The notes under the pieces: generated by a model
Database searches by the model: none
Seen by the model: only the letters and a program-made list of their open reading frames with translations
What the model was told of the DNA's origin: nothing
Shown here: positions 23,784 through 31,611 of the stretch, in pieces
Position numbering within the stretch: position 1 is the first letter of the stretch
Layout of the letters: every line of letters begins with the position of its first letter
From: Candidatus Saccharimonadota bacterium
GTDB lineage: Bacteria; Patescibacteriota; Saccharimonadia; Saccharimonadales; UBA4665
Assembly (NCBI GenBank): GCA_016699955.1
Contig: CP064993.1
Coordinates: 990,001-1,022,000 of the forward strand
Direction of reading: 5' to 3'
DNA length: 32,000 nucleotides
Translations under genes and position numbers: made by a program

Positions 23784-25141
23784 ACATCGAACTCGTCGTC
23801 ACTGTCCGATAACACAAAATTTGCAGCAGCGTGTTCACGGCGGTTATCGCGTAAGATTGCCACAATCCTCTCCGTCCCATGAACTTCCTCTGTGCCGGTT
23901 TGTAGATTTTTGAGTTTAAATCTTTCTTCAGCCAACTCCGCATCGCCAATAAAAATAACGTGGTCGATACCTTTTTTCACCGCTGTTTTGATTTGCTTTT
24001 CCAGCTTTCGGTTTGTCGTATCTACGGCAACCCGCAACCCATTTTCCCGAAAACGAGCGATTGCAACCTGTGCCTTTTCGTACATATTTTCGCCCAGTAA
24101 AATAACGTAGGCGTCTGTCTCTGGAGCAAGCTTAGGTGCGAGCCCATGCCCCTCTAGAAAATTCTGCATGGTAACATCGCCCATGGCCATACCAACAGTA
24201 GGCACTGGTTCTACGCCAAACATACCGACAAGCCCATCATACCGTCCTCCTCCAAACATGCTTCGATTGTTTTCAGGGTGCTCGTCAAACACCTCAAAGA
24301 CAATGTCAGTATAGTATTCAAACCCACGCATGAGGGTGACATCAAACTTCACATTTGGCAGACGCGATACATCTAGCAAATCACTCAGTTGTTTCATTTC
24401 TAGCACCGATGGCAGGCTTTCTGCCCCAGCAGGCAAATCGTTCAACTTCTTTGCTTGCATAAGCTGCGTGAATTTCTCTAAAACTCCACTTTCGCGCTGC
24501 GTAGGCGTCAACACCGCGTCAACTTGCGACAAAAAGCTTTCCTGCTCCATTTTGTGCATGCGATCTACCAGTCGCACTAACATTTGCTCCTGCGTTTCAC
24601 TCATACCTAGATAATCTCGCATAAGATACGTTGTCAGTTTACGACTGTTAATCCGGAAGCTGTACATGTCGGGTTTTGCGCCAAAGCTTTTCATGATGCG
24701 GTCTGCCAACAGAATGATTTCATGCTCGGCCGATACGTTGTCTACGCCAAAAATATCGGCATTGTACTGCCAAAATTCCCTGAGTCGTCCACGTTGCATC
24801 CTTTCGTAGCGCCAGACATTGGGTATACTGTACCAACGAGCGGGGTAAGCAATTTCTTGACGACGCCCGGCCACCATTCGGCTGACTGTCGGCGTCATTT
24901 CTGTCCGGATTGTTACGCTTCGGCCGCTACGGTCTAAAAATGTGTAAGTTTGCTCGTCGATTATTTCCTGGTTGCCCTTGGCTAAAAACAAATCCGTTGG
25001 CTCAAGAATAGGTGCCGTGTATTCTTCGTAGCCAAAGGCTTCGCTTACCTCACGAAACTTGGCAAACATATATTTTTGCAGTCGCATTTCTTCCGGGTAA
25101 AAATCCCGCGCACCCTTATAAGGTTGTACCGATAATGTCAT
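23780..25141 (-). CDS. hisS: Histidine--tRNA ligase
   Basis: The 453-aa ORF has KGARDFYPEE, the class II motifs and the GGGRYDGLV signature of HisRS. AGGAGG SD lies upstream. Confidence 0.95.
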   Translation of the reverse strand: MTLSVQPYKGARDFYPEEMRLQKYMFAKFREVSEAFGYEEYTAPILEPTDLFLAKGNQEIIDEQTYTFLDRSGRSVTIRTEMTPTVSRMVAGRRQEIAYPARWYSIPNVWRYERMQRGRLREFWQYNADIFGVDNVSAEHEIILLADRIMKSFGAKPDMYSFRINSRKLTTYLMRDYLGMSETQEQMLVRLVDRMHKMEQESFLSQVDAVLTPTQRESGVLEKFTQLMQAKKLNDLPAGAESLPSVLEMKQLSDLLDVSRLPNVKFDVTLMRGFEYYTDIVFEVFDEHPENNRSMFGGGRYDGLVGMFGVEPVPTVGMAMGDVTMQNFLEGHGLAPKLAPETDAYVILLGENMYEKAQVAIARFRENGLRVAVDTTNRKLEKQIKTAVKKGIDHVIFIGDAELAEERFKLKNLQTGTEEVHGTERIVAILRDNRREHAAANFVLSDSDDEFDV

Positions 25142-25169
25142 AATGCCTCCTAGTATACAGAGTTAAGGG

Positions 25170-25922
25170 TTAAGAGTTAAGAGCACTTGCGTCAAAGACG
25201 GACCCGGGCACAGAAGCGTCAGATACTTTTGCAGTAAATGCAAACTGTTCGGAGACGGTACCGCGTCGAATAGTTATAGCCTGACCAGTTGTTTGATTTA
25301 TGTCACAGGCTACGCCGGCTTTTCCTCCATCTGAGGTTAAATAGGCCGCAAGGCTACCAGTGCCACATACTGGAAACTTAGCGCATGTATTCGTTGCTTG
25401 AACATATTCGTAAGATACTATACCTCCTGGTGAAAACCAGACCGTGCCTAACGGTGGACATCCATACTTGTTTGAATATTCAACCGAGTTTCTTCTTATC
25501 TGTTCCTCGTTCGGCCTTATGGGCGTAACGACGTGGCCGATATTGTTTATGAGAACAACATTGTCTTTACCTTCCGGGTAGACTTTATGGGAAATATTTA
25601 GCTCTATAGTCACCCAATCGCCGCTTTTATTAAATTTAACAGAAGTCATGCCCAGTAGATCAAATACTCCTTTGTTACCGACTAGGCTAGCTGCTGCAGC
25701 AAGTGTAACGTTTATACTTAAGTTACCTACCATCATCTCTAAAACTGGCGTTGAGGCATCTCTTTTACCCAAAAAACCTACCCGTTCAATACCGCGGCTT
25801 ATTAAGTACTCAGCAACCGCTATTCTGGCTGGCGCGGAGGCACACGGCACTATTGCCGTTCTCGTTTCCCCACCAGCAATGCCATAGAAACTGACATTGT
25901 TGTACCCTATTACTTCGTTCAT
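25170..25922 (-). CDS. Protein with tentative diaminopimelate-epimerase-like (DapF superfamily) features; second catalytic-Cys motif present, first replaced
   Basis: FPVCGTGSLAAYL resembles the second DapF motif (ACG[ST]GA). The position of the first motif (MCGNG) reads EMMVGNLS, with Val in place of Cys. AAGGAG SD is present. The CDS itself is solid (confidence about 0.85); the family call is weak. Confidence 0.4.
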   Translation of the reverse strand: MNEVIGYNNVSFYGIAGGETRTAIVPCASAPARIAVAEYLISRGIERVGFLGKRDASTPVLEMMVGNLSINVTLAAAASLVGNKGVFDLLGMTSVKFNKSGDWVTIELNISHKVYPEGKDNVVLINNIGHVVTPIRPNEEQIRRNSVEYSNKYGCPPLGTVWFSPGGIVSYEYVQATNTCAKFPVCGTGSLAAYLTSDGGKAGVACDINQTTGQAITIRRGTVSEQFAFTAKVSDASVPGSVFDASALNS

Positions 25923-25951
25923 GGTTTTAACTCCTTACGATTTAATCTCGT

Positions 25952-25979
25952 TTTAGATTGTCCGGCCGGACAATCTAAA
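25952..25979. repeat. 28-bp perfect palindrome TTTAGATTGTCCGG|CCGGACAATCTAAA in the 5' region of the DapF-like/hisS operon
   Basis: Read directly. The 14+14 nt arms have no mismatch and no spacer. It lies 30 nt upstream of ATG 25922, between the upstream terminator and the SD. Confidence 0.9.
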
Positions 25980-26000
25980 TTTGTAAAAAACTGTGGTGAT

Positions 26001-26035
26001 TTTAAAAAAACAAAACGCCGGAAGGCTTCCGGCGT
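26001..26035 (-). terminator. Strong rho-independent terminator on the minus strand
   Basis: The minus strand has ACGCCGGAag-c-cuUCCGGCGT (8-10 bp GC-rich stem) followed by TTTTGTTTTTTTAAAA. No annotated minus-strand CDS ends near it. Confidence 0.7.
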
Positions 26036-26064
26036 AAGTGAGACGTTTTACGGTCAACAGCAAA

Positions 26065-26118
26065 CTACCCGGCAACCTCCGGCGATGTATGCAAATGATG
26101 TATTGACATGGTGTTCAT
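26065..26118 (-). CDS. Candidate 17-aa leader peptide MNTMSIHHLHTSPEVAG (His-rich)
   Basis: Hand translation. The ATG lies 8 nt after a TACACT -10 box, so it is near-leaderless, and the stop lies 29 nt before the terminator stem. It is short and unproven. Confidence 0.25.
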   Translation of the reverse strand: MNTMSIHHLHTSPEVAG

Positions 26119-26126
26119 AGTGGAGT

Positions 26127-26155
26127 AGTGTAGCAAATTAGTTCAACAGTTTCAA
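26127..26155 (-). promoter_or_regulatory. Putative promoter TTGAAA-17 nt-TGcTACACT (extended -10) for the leader transcript or small RNA
   Basis: The minus strand reads gaTTGAAActgttgaactaattTGcTACACTactccactATG. Confidence 0.35.
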
Positions 26156-26183
26156 TCAACGATAAGGTACACATATCATAATT

Positions 26184-26211
26184 TTGTTTTTTAAGGTATT
26201 TGTAGTATAAT
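26184..26211 (+). promoter_or_regulatory. Putative promoter TTGTTT-16 nt-TATAAT placed for a leaderless mRNA
   Basis: The plus strand reads TTGTTTtttaaggtatttgtagTATAATaagtctATG. There are 6 nt between the -10 box and ATG 26218, and no SD. Confidence 0.4.
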
Positions 26212-26217
26212 AAGTCT

Positions 26218-26571
26218 ATGAAAAATTTTACATCACCAGAAATTCCACGCGGAGTCACGGGAATTGACGCCTCAGCCAGTAATGGTACACCGCCCTTACC
26301 AGACCTGTCGAATACTCCTCTAGGAGCACTTTATGGTGTGAAATCATTAGCTTTGGCAGGACTTAGAGGAGACGGATTGCTATTACCTGATGCATCACCT
26401 CAAACTGAAATAACAGACGTACTGCGGCTTTTCCCTACGGAAGACTATCGAACAATATTGGCGAGATGCACAGGTGAAATTCGGGAACGTTGGTCGACTA
26501 GAGTACAAGAAGGAGTGGGAAAACCACCTGATGAGGTAGCAATCGTAGTGCGCAAGAACACGAGCTACTGA
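26218..26571 (+). CDS. Hypothetical protein (117 aa), one of only two plus-strand genes in the window
   Basis: It is the only long ORF in the 25.9-26.8 kb gap, and a consensus TATAAT sits immediately upstream. I recognise no family. Confidence 0.45.
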   Translation: MKNFTSPEIPRGVTGIDASASNGTPPLPDLSNTPLGALYGVKSLALAGLRGDGLLLPDASPQTEITDVLRLFPTEDYRTILARCTGEIRERWSTRVQEGVGKPPDEVAIVVRKNTSY

Positions 26572-26810
26572 TTAGCCTGTTAATTTTTTACAAGACCGAC
26601 CACGTAGCTATACCGAAATTTTAGCATTGCTTTACAACTTTACGTATATACCCCCTCAAGTAATACCCCTTCGCTAAACCTGTCCATAGTGACTTAAGAA
26701 GTCAATTTATCCATAGGGAGTAACCTTTGTATCTAAGCGGGCAAAGGAAAACAGGGTTCATAAAAACACGGGTAATGATTGGGTAGTTAGGGCACCCGAC
26801 TAAGCAGGGT

Positions 26811-27713
26811 CTACTGTTTTGTGTGGCTTTTGCTGACTTGGTCGGCGGTGATCATGGCGTTGCGGATTTGCTCGCTCATGTCTGTCATGCCACCAGGGCC
26901 GTGAGGGATGAGGATGGTGCTGTTTTTGCCGCTCATGCCAAGCTCTTTAATGGTGTCGAAGTACTGCGTCATCATCACTAGGTTCATTACGTCTTGGCTA
27001 TTAACGCCGTCTACGGCACTGCTAAAGTTTTCGACCGACTCTTTAAGACCTTCTATGATAGCCTTACGCTGATTGGCAATACCCTGACCTTGCAATGCTT
27101 TGCTCTCTGCTTCACCTTCAGCCGCTTTAACAACGCGAATCTTGTCAGCTTCGGCTTGCTGAATGGCAGCTTCTCGCAAACGCTGAGCGGCATTTATTTC
27201 GTTCATGCTGACTTTGACTTTTTCGTCTGGATTGATGTCAGTAACAAGTGCCTTCACAATGGCATAGCCAAAGTCGTCCATGACAGTGTCAAGTTCGGCT
27301 TTTACTGCGGTGGCTATATCGTCCTTCATTTCAAATAACTGGTCGAGGTTTACGGCCGGCACACGGGCACGAACAGTATCAAATACATAGGCTGTAATTT
27401 GCTCTTGTGGGTTTTGCAGCTTATAAAAAGCGTCGACTGATTTTTCGGCTGGTACAAAGTACTGCACACTGACAATCACAAACACAAATACGTTGTCCTT
27501 GGTTTTTGTCTCAACTTGAACGTCAAGTTGCTGCACGCGCAGGTTGACACGGCCAGCAATTTGATCAATAAGCGGAATTTTAATATTAAGGCCAGCCTTT
27601 GAAGCCTTTTTGAAGCGACCAAACCGTTCAACGATAGCAATTGTCTGCTGTTTGACTGTAAAAAGTCCCATCGCCAGCAAAATCAATACGACTGCTACAA
27701 TAATCCAACCCAT
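26811..27713 (-). CDS. SPFH/band-7 (stomatin/prohibitin-like) membrane protein
   Basis: It has an N-terminal TM helix (MGWIIVAVVLILLAMGLF), then VKQQTIAIVERFGRFKK...GLNIKIPLIDQI, typical of the SPFH domain, then an Ala/Glu coiled-coil tail. AAGGAG SD is present. Confidence 0.9.
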   Translation of the reverse strand: MGWIIVAVVLILLAMGLFTVKQQTIAIVERFGRFKKASKAGLNIKIPLIDQIAGRVNLRVQQLDVQVETKTKDNVFVFVIVSVQYFVPAEKSVDAFYKLQNPQEQITAYVFDTVRARVPAVNLDQLFEMKDDIATAVKAELDTVMDDFGYAIVKALVTDINPDEKVKVSMNEINAAQRLREAAIQQAEADKIRVVKAAEGEAESKALQGQGIANQRKAIIEGLKESVENFSSAVDGVNSQDVMNLVMMTQYFDTIKELGMSGKNSTILIPHGPGGMTDMSEQIRNAMITADQVSKSHTKQ

Positions 27714-27746
27714 GCAATTCTCCTTTTTATAATGTTGATTCTAACG

Positions 27747-27830
27747 TGGTGCGTGAGAGAGGACTTGAACCTCCATGCCTTGCGGCACCAGCTCCTAAAA
27801 CTGGCGTGTCTACCATTCCACCACTCACGC
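27747..27830 (-). tRNA. tRNA-Leu (anticodon UAG), type II with long variable arm, CCA encoded
   Basis: Hand-folded cloverleaf. The acceptor stem is GCGTGAG/CTCACGC and the anticodon loop is TT-TAG-GA. It has a 13-nt variable arm and the T arm GGAGG-TTCAAGT-CCTCT, ending in ACCA. Confidence 0.9.
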
Positions 27831-27843
27831 GGACATAGTTATT

Positions 27844-28377
27844 TTAACTAAAACGACGGTAAAAAACTAGCTGAATATCGCCGAGCGGCTTGTGCGCGAC
27901 TACTTTTGCAGCCGCAAATTCTCTCACATTTTCATTTCCTGGCCATGAAAGCACATAAATGCCGCCCGGTTTTACATGCTGAATCAGTCGCTCAAGCACA
28001 TTTGGTCGTATATCGTCGTAAGGCGGGTCGGCAATCACAATATCAAACTGGCGCTGTTGATTATTGCGCGACCAACCACTAATGTTTTTTCTTAGCACTT
28101 GTACGTTATCCTCTACACCGAGCTGCTTTACATTCGCTGAAATAATTTTGACTGCGTCAATATCAATGTCTATCGCAACTACGCTGGCAGCGCCACGGCT
28201 GATTGCTTCCACCGCAATTGCGCCGCTACCAGAGTACGCGTCAAGCACCGTGAGTCCCACTACGTCGCCTAGTGCGTTAAAAATTGCCCCACGAGCTTTT
28301 TCACTCATTGGATGCGTCCGGTGCCCGACTGGACTATCAAATATGCGCCCTCCCAGTCGCCCAGCGACTACCCTCAT
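27844..28377 (-). CDS. rsmD: 16S rRNA (guanine966-N2)-methyltransferase
   Basis: MRVVAGRLGGRIF...HPMSEKARGAIFN..VLDAYSGSGAIAVEAISRGA...IADPPYD shows the RsmD family motifs, including DPPY. Confidence 0.85.
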   Translation of the reverse strand: MRVVAGRLGGRIFDSPVGHRTHPMSEKARGAIFNALGDVVGLTVLDAYSGSGAIAVEAISRGAASVVAIDIDIDAVKIISANVKQLGVEDNVQVLRKNISGWSRNNQQRQFDIVIADPPYDDIRPNVLERLIQHVKPGGIYVLSWPGNENVREFAAAKVVAHKPLGDIQLVFYRRFS

Positions 28378-29210
28378 GACCGTGCGCCTTTGTTAGCTTC
28401 CAGAAGTGCGCTGTGCCAGACATAGGCGACGCTAACTACAATTTCAGGTATAAGCTCTTTCCGAACCTTGCGAGCCAAACGAGGTGTCCAAGCCGACGCA
28501 TAAAACTGCTCGTAGTAGCTACCCATGGCAATCATTTTCGCCTGAGATTTAAAAAATAACAGATACGGTTTTCGCCCAGTCACATTTGGCCAGACTGCTG
28601 GTAATTTGAGTCGTTTGTAGCGCATTGGTAAGATCAGCAACGCCACCCCTGCTTCAAAAGCGATGTGCGTCGCGAGCAGGCCTTTATCTCCCCACATTTC
28701 CCAGTTGTTACGCATTTTTTCACGCACTGTGTCGCCGGGCATTACTAGTTTGTCCTTAGGGGTTTTGCGCGTTTCTATACCAGCTCCTTTTCGCAGCCGT
28801 TTAAGCTCTTGCTCATACGGATAATGGTGCGCCGGTGTCAGACCGTCGACAACTGCGTGGGCCAGCCAGGCCGCTTCAAACGCCGCCCGAGTCTGGTTTT
28901 TTTCACGAATTGACGCGACAAGCCGAGCGTGATGTTCGGAAATAATATCCAGTAGCTTTGTGTCGGCAGCGTCGTGTGGGTCATAGTAGTGCCACGGCTC
29001 ATCTTGAGCGGGAGTTTTCCATTTGATAGCATCTGGGCCATTTACCCCTTCAAACGCCAGTATACTTCTGATAGACGGAAGCCCTCCAAGTTTATTCCCC
29101 CTGTCGAGTTCCCGTAAATGGCGGTACGCCAGTCGGTCAATTTTTTGGTGCGCGCCGAACCACTTATCGAGCGTACGAAGTTGCTTAAGAGTTGATCCTG
29201 AATACATCAT
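28374..29210 (-). CDS. Zinc-dependent phospholipase C / P1-nuclease-fold-like protein (tentative)
   Basis: PWHYYDPHD and AWLAHAVVDGLTPAHH resemble the HFYDPD and LHYLGDxxxPMH zinc-ligand motifs of bacterial PC-PLC. An ATGA overlap joins it to the rsmD start. Confidence 0.45.
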   Translation of the reverse strand: MMYSGSTLKQLRTLDKWFGAHQKIDRLAYRHLRELDRGNKLGGLPSIRSILAFEGVNGPDAIKWKTPAQDEPWHYYDPHDAADTKLLDIISEHHARLVASIREKNQTRAAFEAAWLAHAVVDGLTPAHHYPYEQELKRLRKGAGIETRKTPKDKLVMPGDTVREKMRNNWEMWGDKGLLATHIAFEAGVALLILPMRYKRLKLPAVWPNVTGRKPYLLFFKSQAKMIAMGSYYEQFYASAWTPRLARKVRKELIPEIVVSVAYVWHSALLEANKGARS

Positions 29211-29350
29211 TGGCCTCCGGCCATAAGTAAGCGCTCATTTCGCGCTAAAGAAACTGGCCGTGTTGACGGCTCTACCGGATTACGAATTCTACAAGTCTGA
29301 GCAGACCTCAGTGGTATTTGTGGCTTGATTGTTAATACATAATTCATAAT

Positions 29351-31396
29351 TTAATTAAGATTAGTCACCCGGCGAAGCCGATTAACCCGCGCGAAGAGCT
29401 CAGGGTATTGTAGCAAATTTTCTTGCTTCTTCAGGCATGTTTGGGCTGCCGCCCGTGCTTCGGCAATTAGTTTAGTGTCGGTTAGCTTAACAATACGAAG
29501 ATCAAGCGCACCGTGTTGCAATGCCCCGTAAATTGCCCCCGGACCACGCAGCTCTAGGTCGAGCTCGGCTAAGCGAAAACCGTCTTGGCTAGTTTCGATA
29601 GCCCGCAGCCGTTTAGTCGGCGAGCTGTCGGCGCTTAAGACCAGAAAACACCGTGAATCATAACTACCCCGACCAACGCGGCCACGTAACTGGTGCAACT
29701 GCGCCAAGCCAAACCGTTCGGCACTTTCTATAACCATAACGCTCGCGTTCGGCACATCCACCCCAACCTCTACAACTGTAGTTGCTACGACCACATCCAG
29801 CTCGCCCCTAACGAACAGCTGCATAACTGCATCTTTTTCTAAGGGCTTGAGTTTACCATGCAGCAGCCCAATTCGGTATCCTTTCAATTGGTTTTTGCCT
29901 AACTCTGCGAAGACACTCTCTGCCGATGCTCCTACTGACTCTTGGCTCATGTCTTTTGACACTATGCTTGGACACACTACAAACACTTGCCTTCCGGTGT
30001 CTATTTCAGCGCGGATGCTCTCATACAATCTGTTACGGTTTACCTGGGATACAATTTTTGTGCTTATCGGTCTGCGCCCAGCCGGTTTCTCTTTTAGTAC
30101 CGATACGTCGAGCTCACCGTATAGCGTCAGCGCCAGACTGCGCGGTATCGGCGTTGCCGTCAGGCTTAGGACATGGGGCATATGTCCAGCCTTAGCCATG
30201 AGGCTTTTGCGCTGTTCGACTCCAAAACGATGCTGTTCATCGACAATAATCAAGCCTAGCCGCTGCATATCGACTGTCTCCTGAAACAGCGCGTGCGTAC
30301 CCACCATAAGGCCTGCCTGCCCGCTCACAATCTGCTGTTTCGCAAGTTTTTTTTGAGCAGCCGTCATGCCACCTACTAGGAGTACTATCTTCTTATTTTG
30401 GGCGGTAGCATGAAACAAAGAAGTCAGTGTTGTGTAGTGCTGGCGAGCGAGTAATTCTGTTGGCGCCATAAAAGCGACTTGGTATCCCCGATGGATAGCC
30501 ATAAGAGCTGCCATGGCTGCCACAACCGTCTTGCCAGAGCCAACATCGCCCTCCACTAGCCGATTCATAGGATAGCGATGTTCCATATCTTGATAAATTT
30601 GCCAGACGGCGCGGCGTTGGTCATCGGTTAACTTAAAAGGCAACGTACCAGCAAAGTGCTTGGCGAGCGCTTCATCAAATACAATCGACAAGGCATGTTC
30701 ACTGCGGTTTTCCTGTTTGTTCAGCAAACTAGCCAGGCTGAGTTCAAATATTTCTTCAAAACCAAGTCGACGACGTGCCGCCGCTAGCTGTTCAGCTGTC
30801 TTCGGATAATGCATGGCTTCAATTGCCTCGGACCGAGAAAGCAGATCATGTGCCGATACTAACCACTGTGGCAATGTTTCTGGTAGCGTTCGCAGCGTGG
30901 CAACACATGCCCCAATGAGCTTTCTAAGCTGGGTTGTTTTTATAACTTTTGACTGCCGATAAACTGGGACAATTCGTGCCGTGTTAAGCGGAAACTCTTT
31001 TACAAGTTCGGCACTAGGATTCATAATCTGAAACCGCTGGTAGCTCAGCTCATATTGTCCGCTGACATAGTACTCCTGCCCTGCCTTCAAAGCTGCTGCC
31101 CGGTACGGCTGGTTAAACCACACTGTGCGTACGCTACCCGTTTCGTCTGAAAATATTGCCTCAGTCACATGCATTCCACGACGCACATATCGCCCACCCG
31201 CCTGCTTGAGTGTAGCTTTTACCGTGACTGCACCGGGCTGCAGGTTTCGAATACTCGACACCTCGGAATAATCTTCGTAGCGATGAGGCAAATAATCAAC
31301 CAGATCAAACACCGTGTTGATGCCTAGCTGCCTGAGTCCCTTGGCAACCTGCTCGCCAACGCCCTTTACAAATGTTACGTCATCACTAAGTTTCAT
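29351..31396 (-). CDS. recG: ATP-dependent DNA helicase RecG
   Basis: It has the wedge-domain N-terminus (LPHRYEDY), the helicase motifs GDVGSGKTVVA, DEQHRFG and QLHQLRGRVGRG. ATG 31396 (MKLSDDVTFVKGVG) is preferred, though the ORF-track TTG 31405 is possible. Confidence 0.93.
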   Translation of the reverse strand: MKLSDDVTFVKGVGEQVAKGLRQLGINTVFDLVDYLPHRYEDYSEVSSIRNLQPGAVTVKATLKQAGGRYVRRGMHVTEAIFSDETGSVRTVWFNQPYRAAALKAGQEYYVSGQYELSYQRFQIMNPSAELVKEFPLNTARIVPVYRQSKVIKTTQLRKLIGACVATLRTLPETLPQWLVSAHDLLSRSEAIEAMHYPKTAEQLAAARRRLGFEEIFELSLASLLNKQENRSEHALSIVFDEALAKHFAGTLPFKLTDDQRRAVWQIYQDMEHRYPMNRLVEGDVGSGKTVVAAMAALMAIHRGYQVAFMAPTELLARQHYTTLTSLFHATAQNKKIVLLVGGMTAAQKKLAKQQIVSGQAGLMVGTHALFQETVDMQRLGLIIVDEQHRFGVEQRKSLMAKAGHMPHVLSLTATPIPRSLALTLYGELDVSVLKEKPAGRRPISTKIVSQVNRNRLYESIRAEIDTGRQVFVVCPSIVSKDMSQESVGASAESVFAELGKNQLKGYRIGLLHGKLKPLEKDAVMQLFVRGELDVVVATTVVEVGVDVPNASVMVIESAERFGLAQLHQLRGRVGRGSYDSRCFLVLSADSSPTKRLRAIETSQDGFRLAELDLELRGPGAIYGALQHGALDLRIVKLTDTKLIAEARAAAQTCLKKQENLLQYPELFARVNRLRRVTNLN

Positions 31397-31611
31397 CTGG
31401 CGCAAGTTTCCTTTTTATGACTATATTTGAGTTCTGCTGCATGTACGCAGCCTGGCTGGCTAGTACTCGCTGCAACCAACATAATCCTTTGGGAGTAACC
31501 CGGCTCACCGCTCTGATCCAAATGGAGGTACTGCACCCAGTAATGGTACCAGAAATATGTTGTTAGTGATGCTTAGTGACTAAATGATCCCTCCAACTAG
31601 CTGGGTTACAT

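Noticed and set aside
23468-23949. 82-aa and 95-aa minus-strand ORFs
   Set aside because: They are alternative-frame ORFs overlapping the ydjM-like gene and the hisS 3' end, which explain the region.
25923-26217. A T-box riboswitch upstream of hisS or the DapF-like gene
   Set aside because: I looked for the conserved T-box sequence (AATTAGGGTGGTACCGCG-like) and a specifier-loop architecture and found neither. The region is also too short for a canonical T-box leader.
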